NCBI GenBank assembly: GCA_951406725.2
Contig: OX597826.1
Span: 33,356,001-33,420,000, forward strand
Source of the DNA: Octopus vulgaris
Taxonomy: Eukaryota
Reading direction: 5' to 3'
DNA: 64,000 bases
How positions within the stretch are numbered: position 1 is the first letter of the stretch; every line of letters begins with the position of its first letter. The notes beneath the pieces were generated by a model that had not been told where the DNA came from, did not search any database, and saw only the letters and a list, made by a program, of their open reading frames with translations. Below are positions 39,532-54,072 of the stretch, one piece after another. A program made the position numbers and the translations under genes.

Positions 39532-41139
39532 GTATATGTGTTTGTATAAGTGAGTGTCTCTCTGTGTAACAGTATGTGTGTTTGTGTGTAGGTGTGTGGG
39601 TGTGACTGTCATCATTTTGTGTTGGAATTTTTGGTTTTTTGAAGCAACATATATTGTCATGGATTGTCAATGTAAATTCTTGGATTTTCTTGCAAGAAGT
39701 TTACTTAATTAATGCAGAACCCTAATTTCCTCAGGAAGGCGTAAAGTATAATGAAGTTAGCTTCTTCATCTTCACCTTTTTACCATTTTTTAAAACATTT
39801 TTTTGTTTCTTTTCTTTTTCCTGTTATTTTCTTTGTTTTTGTTTTGTTGTCTCTTTTTATATTTTTGCAACAGGAACATCTTCCACATTGATCCTTGAAT
39901 AATTACTTTTTGTTTTACTCTCGCGAAGAAACAAACCTTTCATTTTCCATTAAAAATAAATAAAAGCAACCTTAAGATATAAGAGGAAAATACACAAAAA
40001 AAATATATATATAACATAAAACAAAACAGCAAAAACAAAAAATACGTAAAAACAAAATGCACAAATAACAAAATGGAAACATCCTTTTATTCTTCCAGAA
40101 ATGTTTATTTTCAAAATTTTTTTTATTTTCAAGATTTACAATTACAATCCTGATTTTCAGTTTACAGTGTTTATACAACTGCATTCGTTATAATAATGAC
40201 AATGTGTTTAATAGAATCAAGTTTAAGGAGATATGAGTTGAGAGGCAGAGTAGGGAGAAAGAATATTGATAATACAAATAAATAAATAAATTTGTATTTT
40301 AAGTTTCAATCTGAACTCTCAATACAAACAAAAACAAAATAAATATAAAGTTAAGAAAGAGAAAACACATAAAATGAAAAATAACAATTTTGTTTTACCA
40401 AAAAAAAAAAAAATTGATTTTTATATTGTTTTATATAATTTTTGGTTCCAATGCTATTTTTACTTTTTATTTTCACAAGTTTTTAATTTTTATTATTTCT
40501 ATTTATTTATTGTTTTTCTCTATTCATTTTCATGTACTTTCCATTTTCATTCATTTATATTCTTCCTTGTCAAGATAAAAAATAAGTTTACTGAACCTTT
40601 ACTGAACTAGTGACAGAATTTCTTTTGCTGTTAAAATTGGCATTATTGTTTGAGTATTTGATGCCATGTTCTACATGAAAATGGTAATCAAAGACAATAC
40701 CAACTTCACATTAACAATATCTTACACCCCACTTACAAGAGGATTTGAAATATAAATCTAAATATATTAATTAGTGTGAAGATGATTTATGAAAATACGC
40801 TCATCTTCAAGGATATTAACAATTATTTCAAATTCTGTGATTGCAGGCATGTGTGCTTGTTCCCACATGCATGTCTGTATGTAAATTTATACATGTGTGT
40901 CTCTACTCTGTGTGTATATACTAGACGCATTTCTTTGTATTACCAACTGAAATACTAGTCTACATGTAAAATTTATTCTAAATAATTTGAAGTGCAACAG
41001 AAAGCACCAACAGATTTGTGAAATACAAGAAATCAATTTGGATGGCAGAAAATATTTTAACTTAGATTAATGGCCAGATTGTGGTTTTTATTTCATCATC
41101 TTTTTATTTTATTTTATTTTATTAGTTTCTATTGTTTGA

Positions 41140-41210
<71 letters not shown>

Positions 41211-41276
41211 ATATCTATCTGTCTATCTATCTATCAGTTAGTCTGCCTGTCTGTCTATCTATCTATCTATCAGTTA

Positions 41277-41349
<73 letters not shown>

Positions 41350-41374
41350 CCTATCTACCTACCTACCTACCTAA

Positions 41375-41464
<90 letters not shown>

Positions 41465-41510
41465 GTCTGTCTGTCTGTCTGTCTGTCTGTCAATTAGTCG
41501 ATCTATCTAA
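41140..41510. repeat. (TATC)n/(TGTC)n microsatellite
   Basis: Direct inspection. Confidence 0.95.
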
Positions 41511-41530
41511 CTATCTATTTATCTATCCTT

Positions 41531-42456
41531 CATCATCATCATCCTCATCAGCATCGTTTAACGTCCGCTTTCTATGCTGGCATGGGTTGGATGGTTTGCC
41601 TGAGAACTGGTAAGCTGGGAGCCGACTCCAGGCACCAATCTGATTTGGCAAGGTTTCTTCAGCTGGATGCCCTTGCTAATGCCAACAACTCTGAGAGTGT
41701 AGTGGGTGCTTTTACCTGCCACCAGCATGGGAGCCAGTCAGGCTGCACTGGCATCGGCCATGCTCAAATGGTGCGCTTTTTAAGTTCCACTGGCATGGGT
41801 GCCAGTCAGGCAGCACTGGCATTGGCTATACTTGAGTGGTGCTTTTTAAGTGCCACTGGCACAGAAGCCAGTCATGTAGCACTGACATTGGCCATGACTA
41901 TGATTTCCCTTGGTTCAACAGGTCTTCACAAGCATGACATATTGGCCAATGATTGAAAGGTGCTTTTGAACGGGCCAGTTATGTGATATTGGCATTGGCC
42001 TTGACTATGATCTCATTTGGCTTGTCAGGTCTTCTCAAGCACAGCATATCTCCAACCATCTCAGTCACTTGTCATTAAGGTCGTGCTTCACTACCTCATC
42101 CCATGTCTTCCTGGTCTACCTCTTCCACAGGTTCCCTCCACTGTTAGGGTGTGACACTTCTTCACACAGCTGTCCTCATCCATATGCATCACATGACCAT
42201 ACCAGCACAGTCGTCTCTTTTGCACACCACATCTGATGCCTCTTATGACCAACTTTTCTTTCAGGATGCTTACATTCTGTTGTGTATGCACACTGATATT
42301 ACACATCAAGTGGAACATACTAGCTTCATTTCTTTCAAGCCTACGCATGTCCTCAGCAGTTACAGCCTTTGTTTCACTGCTGTGTAGCATGGCTGTCCAC
42401 ACACTGGCATCATACAGTCTACCTTTCACTCTGAGTGAGAGGCCCTTTGTTACCAT
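41531..42456 (-). mobile_element. RTE LINE 3' portion (ORF end, ~5 array units, tail)
   Basis: ORF 42091-42456 VTKGLSLRVKGRLYDA..GRGRP matches 760-1437; array at ~41705-42010; (cat)n tail. Confidence 0.9.
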
Positions 42457-42615
42457 CTATATATCTATCTGTCTTTCTGTTCCTGTCTATCTATCTCTCT
42501 GTCATTTTTCTATCTATCTATTTATCTGTTTGTCTATTTATCTATCAATCTATCTGACTATCTCTGTATCTATCCATCCACCCATCCATCCATCCATTTA
42601 TCTATCTATCTTTTT

Positions 42616-42673
<58 letters not shown>

Positions 42674-42705
42674 AATCTGTCTATATATATCTATCTATCT
42701 ATCTA

Positions 42706-42750
<45 letters not shown>

Positions 42751-43839
42751 TTGTCTCTCTGTCTGTCGCTGTCTATCTGTCCCTGTCTATTTGTCTGCCT
42801 GTAACATTTTTCAAGCTTGCACAGTCCAGATTGATTTTTTATACTTATTGGGACTTCATTTGAAGTGTCTGCATTACTTGACTTATATCACAAGAAAACC
42901 CGAAAGAGGGCAGCTTTATTGAACTCCTTCTTTCACTAAAAGCCAATCTCATAAGAATAGTCACAGAAAAGGTGGTTGCAATGGCTGTGCTCCAGCATGG
43001 CTGCAGCCATTACACTGAAACGTGTAAAAGAAATGATGTATGTATGAATGTTACATTTATGTGTGTATGTGTGCATTTATGTGTAGATATACATGTATAT
43101 GTGTATATATATGTGTGTATATATATATATTTATACATATATGTATATGTTTATATATATGTCTATATATCTATCTTTCTCTCTCTCTATATATATATAT
43201 ATATGTGCGTGTGTGTGTGTGAGTGATGCTGATCACTGCTGGAATGCCTTTGATCTTATATTTGCTAAATCAGGTATGATCTAAAATTAAATAGCTTCAA
43301 CAACAACTGGCTAAATTACAATTTTTATCTAAATCATATTTATATCAATAATATTTTTTTGTCAATATTATTTTATCATACTATATGTATATCAATATAA
43401 TATTTTTATCAATATCACACGCATATCAATATTATAAAACTAAATTAACAGTAATATACTACGAGAATGAAAGAAAAATTTTACACACGACACACAAATA
43501 GCATTTAAATTATCTCATATTTAATTAACAAAGTATTTCTAGTTTTAATTTATTAATAATCTCTCACTCGCTGCATTACTTTGAAAACTAACCGTTCTCT
43601 GACTTGTCTGTAGAAGCAATGCCAAAACATACACTGTAGCTTGATGTTGTATTCTGACTTCTCAGCTCCTGTTGAAGAAGTCAACCCATGCCAACCTGGA
43701 AGGAGGATGTTAAATAAGGGTGATGTTGCTGATTATATGATATACATGCAACACACACACACATATACACACACAACATACACACACACAAACACAAACA
43801 TACATGCATACATACATGCATACATACATACATACATAC

Positions 43840-43883
<44 letters not shown>

Positions 43884-44106
43884 ATGCATACATACACACA
43901 TGTGTGTGTTTTGTGTGTGTATATATATATATGTGCATATATGTATACACATTCATACATATACATATGTCATGGGGGTATGGGAGTATAAATGTCTATA
44001 TATAATCTATATACATATATATATATATATATATATACATACATACATAATATATATATATAGATAGAGAGATAATATATATATATACATATTTATACAC
44101 ACACAC

Positions 44107-44162
<56 letters not shown>

Positions 44163-44181
44163 ATATATACATATATACTTC

Positions 44182-44229
<48 letters not shown>

Positions 44230-44512
44230 TAAATATATATATACTTATATATTGGCCTGTTTTACATAGCATTTTCACACTCTTGCGATTGTTTCTGTTC
44301 TTGTTCTTGTAGCTGTTGCCACTGTTGTTTCAATTGTTATCGTTCCTCATCTATTTCTACCAAAAGCCCAATCCTGTTTCAATTCCATTGCAATATTCTG
44401 ATGTTTAACTCTTTGATGTAGTTTATTGTATCGTGTTTTTTATGTTGTTTTTGCGGCTTCTATTATATATATATTTTTTTACATTCATGTTTATTTCTTC
44501 TACTTGTTGTTG

Positions 44513-44648
44513 CTCTTCTTCTTCTTCTTCTTCTTCTTCTTCTTCTTCTTCTTCTTCTTCTTCTTCTTCTTCTTCTTCTTCTTCTTCTTCTTCTTCTTCT
44601 TCTTCTTCTTCTTCTTCTTCTTCTTCTTCTTCTTCTTCTTCTTCTTCT
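44513..44648. repeat. Pure (CTT)n tract, about 45 units
   Basis: Direct inspection. Confidence 0.95.
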
Positions 44649-45020
44649 CATCCTTTACTTAAGCAAATCAACAAAAGCAAGATAAAGGAAAAGGAAGATA
44701 AAAGAAAAGGAAAGGTGAAATGTATGGAAGACTGAATGTGACAAATTAAGGGCAAAGGGAAAAACAGAAAATACAAGAATTTCCCCTCAAGATGAAAGTG
44801 AGATAAGGCAACAGTAAAAAGTGAGTGAGAGAAATAGAGAGATAGAGAGAAGAAGGGTGAGAAGAAAGAGAAAAAAACAGAAGGGGGAAAAAATAGAGAA
44901 ACTCAGATAAAAGCAAACTTAGAAGACAGGAACTTAAAAAATACACGCCATTCGCAAAAGTAATTATAAAAAGGTGGGAGTTTATACATACATTCATACA
45001 TACATACATTCATACATATG

Positions 45021-45058
<38 letters not shown>

Positions 45059-45117
45059 CATATATATATATGCATTGGTTCCACATTTATATATTTATGT
45101 ATATATGTATATAATGT

Positions 45118-45168
<51 letters not shown>

Positions 45169-46209
45169 ATACATACACAAAGGTATACATAATACACATG
45201 TGTGTACATGTATTGGAGTAAAAAACTTTTAGTGTCTTGAAGACACATGCATATGCACTGTCATGCATACACAGGCACATACACACACAAGTATACACAC
45301 ACACACAAGCATATGTACACACACGCGCGCACGCACACACACGCACACACACAGATACCTATACTCCCAAACTCATCTGCTCCCTCATATTACACATTTA
45401 TACTCACATTGAAATGCAGAGAGAGAGAGAGGGAGAGGGAGATGGAGGTAGGGAGAGGGAGGGAGAAAGAGCGAGTGATAGGGGGGGAGGGGGAGAGAGA
45501 AGTAGAGAGAGTTAGAGAGATAGGGAGAGATAGAGGGAGAGATAGTGTGAGATAGAGTGAGGGAGAGAGAGAGGTAGAGAGAGAGGGAGAGAGAGAGGGA
45601 GAAAGAGGGAGAGATAGAGAGAGTGAGAGCGGGGAAGAGAGAGATAGAGAGAGTGAGAGCGGGGAAGAGAGAGATAGAGGGAGAGAGGGAGAGAGGGAGC
45701 ATGACCTTTTTGCGGAACACTATCCTAAATACATACATAGACAAACAGACAGACAGAGAGACAGGCAAACAGACAGCAAGTTACCTACAGCAGTGAAAGT
45801 ACAGGTGGAAAGAAACAAAAGAAAATACAAAAAATACAAAGAAACAGAAAACAACAACAAAATCAACAATACCAATAATAATAAAAAAAGATGCACAATT
45901 TTTGTGGACCCCCCCCAAAAAAAAAAACAAACACCTAAAAAGAAAACAACAGCAATAAACGAAATGAAATAAAATAAATTGCGAAGAAAGGTAAGAGGAT
46001 TTTTTTGTCTGTTTATTTTTCTCATCATCGCTATTTGTTGTTTGTTTTGCGAGAGGAGGATTTCTGCTGCGATAAAGTGCCGCCAGTTGTTACCAAAAAT
46101 TGGTTTGCTTTTGACCTTGATTTGAGACACACAAACGTAATCAACATATGCTTAAGAACTATCGACACAAGCATAAGAATAAGCAAATGCTATCAACCAA
46201 ATTGTAACA

Positions 46210-46247
46210 TAACAATAATAATAATAATAATAATGATAATGATGATG

Positions 46248-46294
<47 letters not shown>

Positions 46295-46324
46295 GAGGAT
46301 GATCATGATGATTATGATGATGAC

Positions 46325-46386
<62 letters not shown>

Positions 46387-46807
46387 CAATAATAATGATA
46401 AGAATGATGATGATGATAATAATAAGAATAATGATGATGATGATAATAATAATAATGATGATGAACATGATAATAACAATAATGATAATAATAATAATAA
46501 TAATGATGATGATCATGATAACAATAAAAATAATAATAATAATAACAATAATGATAAGAAGAAGAATAATGATGATAATAATAATAATAAGAATGATGAT
46601 GATAATAATAATAATAATAATAATGATGATAATAATAATAATAATGATGATGATGATGATAATGATAATAATAATAATAATGATGATGATGAGGATAATG
46701 ATAATAATAATAATAATGATGATAATGATAACGATGATAATAATAATGATGATAATGATAATAATGATAATGATAATAGTAATGATGATGATATAATAAT
46801 AATAATG

Positions 46808-46858
<51 letters not shown>

Positions 46859-46860
46859 CT
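46210..46860. repeat. (ATA/ATG)n degenerate trinucleotide array
   Basis: Direct inspection; similar tracts at 28220-28635, 33460-33960, 36710-37700 and 52200-52710. Confidence 0.9.
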
Positions 46861-48061
46861 GATGCTGATGATTATTATAAATTGTTATATATATCAATGG
46901 TAGTGGTGGTGGTGGTGGTGGTAATGGTGGTAATGGTGGTAATAGTGATTGTTGTGTTGGATGTGGGGATCGTGATGGTGATGGTAAAGGTGGTAAAGGT
47001 GGTGGAGGTTGTGGAGGTGGTTGAAGTGGCAGAGGTGGTGGTTTTGTTTGGTAAATAATCTTTGAAAATGAGGGGAAGAAAAGATTATTACAAACTACTA
47101 CTACTACTACCACCACCACCACAACAACAATGACAACAATAATAATGGTAGTAACAATAATCTATTCTTTATTAGCTGCAAAGGCCTGAAGAGATATAGA
47201 TAATACGAAACTTTCATTAGGGGTTATGAAGAAAAAGTGGAATGTCTTCAAAGGTAACAAAGATAAAAAGGGGAAAGCGTGGGAGATGTTACACAATATA
47301 TGAATGAATGTATTATGATTTTAAAAGTACATATATTTGTACGAGTGAGGTAAATCATGTATGATAAAACACACAATAATTTAAATAAGATATAAACATA
47401 AAGAAGATAAAACATAAATGATTACTGACTGGGTTGGCCCTCGGCACACCACAACCCTTACCACTCACCAATTCACAAATTGTTTCTGAGTGCAACAAAA
47501 TGCACTAGTAAGCATTTTTTTAAAGAAATTTGGTGATGAAAAATTCCAGTATCTTTTTAAAGTTCATTGTACGTCTTTTTGAAGTTCATTGTATTATCTT
47601 ATTTTTAGTTTCTCTATTAATCTATCTTTTGCATGTTGCTTATATTGTGAAACTATCTCTGATATACCGGCATCTTTGGAAAGTTTATGGCGTCGCAAAT
47701 ACGTAATTTTGTCTATTAATTGTTTGTTTGACTTTTGAAGGATGGTAGATCAAACTTCTTTTTCAGCATCTTCATTTCTCCATTATACCTTGGAGTGTGA
47801 TGTCATTGTCCTTTTGAAGAAATTGTTTCTCTTATATTTTTGTGAATTTGCATTGAGTTTTTCCCTTTTCTTTTTATGTTTCTCTCAACAATTTGTTAAA
47901 TTCCATCTGCAACTATTATTTCTTTGTAGTCACATGACAACTGAATGGTACTGCTGGTTGCCAATATTAGAACATGAATTCTTTACAGTTCTATATTTAA
48001 GAGATGAGGAATTATGTATATTATTTTCATTTGAAGAAAGTCTGTCATCTTGTTTGTTGCT

Positions 48062-48107
48062 AACACAACGTTTCGGCTGATATATCCTCCAGCCTTCATC
48101 AGGTGTC
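48062..48107 (-). ncRNA. Minimal type I hammerhead ribozyme
   Basis: GACAC-CUGAUGA-A-GGCUGG aggauaua UCAGCC-GAAA-CGU-U-GUGUU: stem I GACAC/GUGUU, 6-bp stem II, palindromic loopless stem III ACGU. Confidence 0.75.
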
Positions 48108-48154
48108 TTGGTAAAATTTCGAACCTAGGTTCTCATTCCTAAGGTATTTTTCGA

Positions 48155-48221
<67 letters not shown>

Positions 48222-48224
<3 letters not shown>

Positions 48225-50620
48225 TAGTTTTATTTTTATAGAGTGCTTTCACTTCACTACCGAGCGCAGCTCTGTGTGCCTTAGGTATGTGCTGTGATTT
48301 GTTGTGATGCTCTGATGGTTATTGTATGGAAAGTGTTCCGCGTAGGATGTGTGCAGTGCCTAGTAGTGCAATTTTCTGTATGCTATATGTGTTTGTAAGT
48401 CCTGGTGTTTTTGTTATGTATTTGTCTGAATATTTTTTTATCATGCCTTATGCACCTACTATGATAGGAATTGTTTCTGTTTTTAGATTCCACATTCTGG
48501 TTACCTCTATTTCAAGGTCTTTGTATTTTGAAAGTTTCTCCATTTCTTTTAGAGACACGTTGTCATCTGCCGGTATTGATGCATCAATTACAAAGCATTT
48601 TTTTTCTTCATGATCTCTGACAACTATATCTGGTCTGTTAGCCTTAATTTCTCTATCTGTGTGTATCGGCATATCCCAGAGTATGGTTGCTTTCTCGTTT
48701 TCTGTGACCTTTTCTTGTGTGTGCCTATAGCATCTTTTTTCTGTTGTTATTCCATAATGTTGGCATAGCTTCCAGTGTATGTAGGTTCCAACTCTGTCGT
48801 GTCTGTGAATATATTCCTTCTTAACCAGGACTGGGCAGCCAGAGATAATATGATTTATTGTTTCTTGCCCATCTCCACATATTCTGCAGTTACTTGTTAT
48901 ATTTCTTTTCATTGCATGTTTTTGGTGATTTCTGGTGGGGAGGCTTTGGTCTTGTGCTGCAATTAAAAATCCTTCTGTCTCTGCTTTGAGTCCTGAGCTT
49001 CTCAACCATTGCTGGGATTTTTCTTTGTCTATTTCTTTTGCGTTTAGTTTAGTCCAGTATTTACCATGAAGGGGCTTTACTTGCCATCGTTTTATCATGG
49101 TTCATTCCTGTTCTATTTTTAGTTTGGATTTCATTTGTTTTATAGCTTTTGTTGTTTCTTCTTCTTCTTCTTCTTCTTCTTCTTCTTCTTCATATCTATT
49201 AGGTGGTATGATTTCTTGTTTGTATTTGTCAGCTTCCTTAAATACTGAGAACAGTTTTTTGTTTTGCTCGTGTTTTGCCGCTATTTGTATCAGTTTTCCT
49301 TCCTTCTGAAGTTGATATTTTTGCAGTCCTATGGTGGTTATTTTATAGTAGTTTTCCAGCTGTAAAAGGCCTCTACCACCTTCTATACGTTGTATATATA
49401 GTCTTTCTATGTCAGATTTTGGGTGATGCATCCTAGATCCTGTCATTATTTTTCTTGTTTACCTATCTATTTTGGTCAGTTCATTTAGTGTCCAGTTAAG
49501 GATATTGTAGCTGTAACTTATAACTGGGACAGCTAAAGTGTTAATACCTATTATCTTGTTTTTAGTATTGATCTAACTCGTCTATAATATTCTTTTTTTA
49601 TTTTCTCTTTCATTTGTGTGTGTTGTGTCTTATCTAGTTCACGGATTCCTAAGTATTTGTAAGTTTGGCTTTGGTCTAGTTCTTTTATTTCATTTGTTTT
49701 ATCTAGTGTGATGTTGCTACTCTTAACTAGTTTTCCTCTTTTCAGGGTTACTTTGGCGCATTTTTCTAATCCAAATTTCATATCTATTTCTTTGGTAAAT
49801 CCATGAACTGTCTTTAATAGTGTTTCCAGCTGTTTGTCATTTGCAGTGTATAGTTTTAGGTCATCCATATATAAAAGGTGGTTGATCGTTTTGCCGTAAC
49901 ATTTATATCTGCATCCAGTTCTATTTAGCATATCAGATAGAGGTGACAGTGCCAAGCAGAAAAGGAGTGGAGAGAGTGTGTCTCCCTGGAATATTCCTCT
50001 TCTAATGGGGATGGCTTTGGTTTTCATGAGTCCCTCTTTTGTTTGGAGCTGTAGCACGGTTTGCCATTTATTCATAGAGTGCCCTATGAATTTTATAATT
50101 GTTGGTGCTACTTTGTTAATGGCTAGTGTTTCGAGGATCCATGTGTGGGGGATGCTATCAAACGCCTTTTTGTAGTCAATCCAGGCCATACTGAGGCCTT
50201 TCTTCTTTCTGTGGCTGTCTTCAGTTACGGCTTTATTAATCATTAGTTGATCTTTACAGCCATATGAGCCCTTGCGACATCCTTTCTGCTCTTCTAGAAA
50301 CAGGTTGTTTTCGTCCAGGTGCTTGTTCAACCTTTGCGATATCACTGCAGTAAATGCCTTGTACATTTTAGGGAGACAGGTTATTGGTCTGTAGTTTTCT
50401 GGTTTTGCTGTCTCATTTGACTTGGGAATTAAGATGGTTTTCACCTTTGTGAGCCATTCAGGCATTGTCTCTGGCTCTGCTAGTATGTTGTTAAAGTTTT
50501 CAGCCAGCTTTTTGTGCATTCCTGTTAGATATCTCAACCAGAATTTGGGGATCTTGTCATGCCCAGGTGCCTTCCAGTTGCTTAGTCTTTGCAGTGCCTG
50601 GGTGACCTCTTCAGTTGTTG
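48222..50620 (-). mobile_element. R4/Dong-clade non-LTR retrotransposon, 5'-truncated and frameshifted
   Basis: RT (NWKAPGHD, YRPITCL, WIDYKKAFDSIPH, RGIFQGDTLSPLLF, LLYMDDLK), CCHC finger CRIC..HIISGC, RLE RHD..RPD..ID..K, 3' UTR and (TAA)n on both sides. Confidence 0.95.
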
Positions 50621-50644
50621 TTATTATTATTATCATTATTATCA

Positions 50645-50762
<118 letters not shown>

Positions 50763-50911
50763 TCAGGTCACTGCCTGGAATCAAACTCAGAATTTTGGGA
50801 TTAGTAACCCATGCTCTTTACCATTAAGCCATATGCCCACGGGCATATGACATAGTGGTTAAGAGCGCAGGCTGCTAACCTCAAGACTCTGAGTTTGATT
50901 CCAGGCAGTGA

Positions 50912-50977
<66 letters not shown>

Positions 50978-51008
50978 TGATGATGATGATAATAATAATA
51001 ATAATAAT

Positions 51009-51069
<61 letters not shown>

Positions 51070-51180
51070 GTAATAATAATAATGATAAAAAAGACGTGAA
51101 AAAGTACCAGCTCATGTGTTTACTAGAATATTAGGATATTACCTTCCCAAAACACAAGAAAATGTTTAAAATACAAACGA

Positions 51181-51372
51181 GTAAAAGCACTCAGTAAACT
51201 CTGTAAAATGGATGATTTCAGGAATGATATCCAGCTATAGAATCCATCCCAAAATAGATCATGGGGCACATTTTGGCTCCTGTAAAAACTGTGCAGTCCA
51301 TGACAGCATGGAAGATGGACATTAAATGACAATGACGATGATGATGAGGACAATGACGATGATGACGATGAT
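51181..51372 (+). mobile_element. Old RTE 3' tail
   Basis: gtaaaagcac..caggaatgatatccagctatag..ccatgacagcatggaagatggacattaaatgac(gat)n. Confidence 0.65.
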
Positions 51373-51374
51373 GA

Positions 51375-51772
51375 GGTGCCGAGTGGCTGTGTGTTAAGTA
51401 GCTTGCTTACCAACCACATGGTTCCGAGTTCAGTCCCACTGCGTGGCTCCTTGGGCAAGTGTCTTCTGCTATAGTTTCGGGCTGACCAAAGCCTTATGAG
51501 TGGATTTGGTAGATGGAAAATTGAAAGAAGCCCGTCATATGTATATATGTATGCATGTATATGTTTGTGTGTCTGTGTTTGTCCCTCCCACATCACTCAA
51601 CAACCGATGCTGGTGAGTTTACGTCCCGTCACTTAGCAGTTCGACAAGAGAGACCGATACCATCAGTACTAGGCTTACAAGGAATAAGTCCTGGGGTCGA
51701 TTTGCTCAACTGAAGGCAGTGCTCCAGCATGGTCACAGTCAAATGACTGAAACAAATAAAAGAATAAAAGAA
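51375..51772 (+). mobile_element. SINE family 1, full length
   Basis: Complete head, body and gaataaaa tail. Confidence 0.9.
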
Positions 51773-52550
51773 TGTTGATGATGATGATGATGACTATGAT
51801 AGTGATGATGATTATGATGACTATTATAATGGTGCTGAGGCAGCTGTTGATAGCTAAGCTTCTTTCAGTTTCCATTTACCAGATCCACTCACATGGCTTT
51901 TGTTAATTCAGGGCTGTATTAGAAGAAAACACTTGACTGAGTTGTTGCTATGCTGTGGGATTGAACCTAAAACCCACATCATTCCAAAGTTAACTTCTTA
52001 ACTGCACAACCATGTGTGTGCCTTGTGTTAATGTTTTTGTAAAATTAAATTGCTCAATGATTCACTTATTATTCCCCAGCTTTCGGGGAGGGGGGGGGGC
52101 AATAAAATAAGTATCAATCAGCGTTTGGTATTGATTAAATCATCTAAATCTCTTTGTTAAACTAAAATATGTAACCTTGTGCCAAACTTAAAAATCAATA
52201 TCATCATCATCATCATCATTATCATCATCATCATTGTTATCGTCATCATCGTCATTATCTTCATCATCATCACCATCATCATTATCATCGTCATCATCCT
52301 CATCTGCATCATCACAGTCATCATTATCGTCATCATCATTGCGATCGTTATCGTCATCATCATAATCATCATCATTATTTGTTAAAGACAAATTAATTTT
52401 GGATTTTCACAAATTTATATTGACACCTTAACATTATTTATTTTTTTTACTGATGGTTTTCTTTTATATTTTCAAATCTCTAGGAATCAACTTCATTATA
52501 ATTCCTCCCTCAATAACAACAACAACAAAAACAACAATAATAATAATAAC

Positions 52551-52588
<38 letters not shown>

Positions 52589-52595
52589 TAATAAA

Positions 52596-52639
<44 letters not shown>

Positions 52640-53642
52640 TAATGATAATAATGATAATAATGATAACAACAATAATAATAGTAATAGTAATAATAACAAC
52701 AACAACAACACAAGTAAAATAAATATACAAATCAATATGTAAAAACTCACCCTCCCCGCACCTCTTCTGTTTGACCTGTCTGCCTTCCAAAAATTATGAT
52801 AACAACAAATTTGATTCTTTATAATATTTTCTCATTTTGTTAATCTATAGAATATTAATCTTTTATGTCAATGATCGTGGCTTGGCCAACGATGTTTAAA
52901 TAGTGAGCTTTGCGTATTGCTTACATAGGAGATAAGCAGCTGCTATAACAAACATTGTGTTTTGGTTTGTTTTTCTTTAACAAGTTGTTTGTTTCTTGAT
53001 TTATTTATTAGTTTATCAAATTTTATCTGCCACAACTTAGATTCAATATGTAAATACGATACATTTGATTCCGTTGTGTAATCTTCTTTACACACCTGAC
53101 AGATATATATGCCAAAATCTTCATGTTTTTTGCAATAAAATGAAAACAGGAGAGTAAAATGAAAAAAACCTCAAAAAAATTTCTGTAAGGATATTGGTAC
53201 CACTAAGACTGGCAGCAATAGCAGCAGTAATAGTAGTAGCAGTAGCAGTAGAAGCAGTGGTAGTAGGAGGATTTGGAGAGGGGAGTAGGGAACATGTTAA
53301 ATCAAGGAATAATAATTTTTGAGTTAATTTCGTGAGATGCTGTTTCAATCTTTGATAAAATTCTCTCTACTCTAAATTGAGACTAACATACTAGCAAAAG
53401 GGACCTGCCCCATGCAATTTAAAGTTTTGTAGGTTGATCAAAGGGAGAAATGGAAGAAATTCCAGATGGCTACAATAGATTGATCTACAATCGATTGATC
53501 GGGATGGGTCACATGATATTACTGAGTTTTGTGTCGATAATTCTGTGGCATCAAAATACATCAAGTAGGAGTCCCAATTTTGCATTTCTGTGACTGATGC
53601 AGTTGGACAGGATGTTGGTGCTACTTTGATGCCTGGGTGATA

Positions 53643-53857
53643 TACTTTTACTCTTTTACTTGTTTCAGTTATTTGACTGTGGCCATGCTGGAGCACTGCC
53701 TTTAGTCGAGTAAATCGGCCCCAGGACTTATTCTTTGTAAGCCTAGTGCTTATTCTATCGGTCTCTTTTGCCAGACCACTAAGTTATGGGGATGTAAACA
53801 CACCAGCATCGGTTGGCAAGTGATGTTGGGGGTACAAACACAGACACACAAACATAT

Positions 53858-53906
<49 letters not shown>

Positions 53907-54072
53907 TATGACAGGCTTCTTTTCAGTTTCCGCCTACCAAATCCACTCACAAGGCTTTAGTCAGCCCGAGGCTATAGTAGAAGACACTTGCTCAAGGTGC
54001 CACGCAGTGGGACTGAACCTGGAACCATGTGGTTTGTAAGCAAGCTACTTACCACACAGCCACTCCTATGCC
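53643..54072 (-). mobile_element. SINE family 1, full length
   Basis: Reverse complement of 51375-51772. Confidence 0.9.

Noticed and set aside
47180-47220. CTGAAGAG..CGAAAC as a hammerhead
   Set aside because: No stem I and a poor stem III; the context resembles a decayed SINE tail.
47400-48040. Possible L1/Tx1-like 3' remnant on the minus strand
   Set aside because: A-rich and LINE-like, but no diagnostic motif could be read.
50841-50917. Functional tRNA gene
   Set aside because: It has A/B boxes but no acceptor stem or complete cloverleaf; it is a SINE head.
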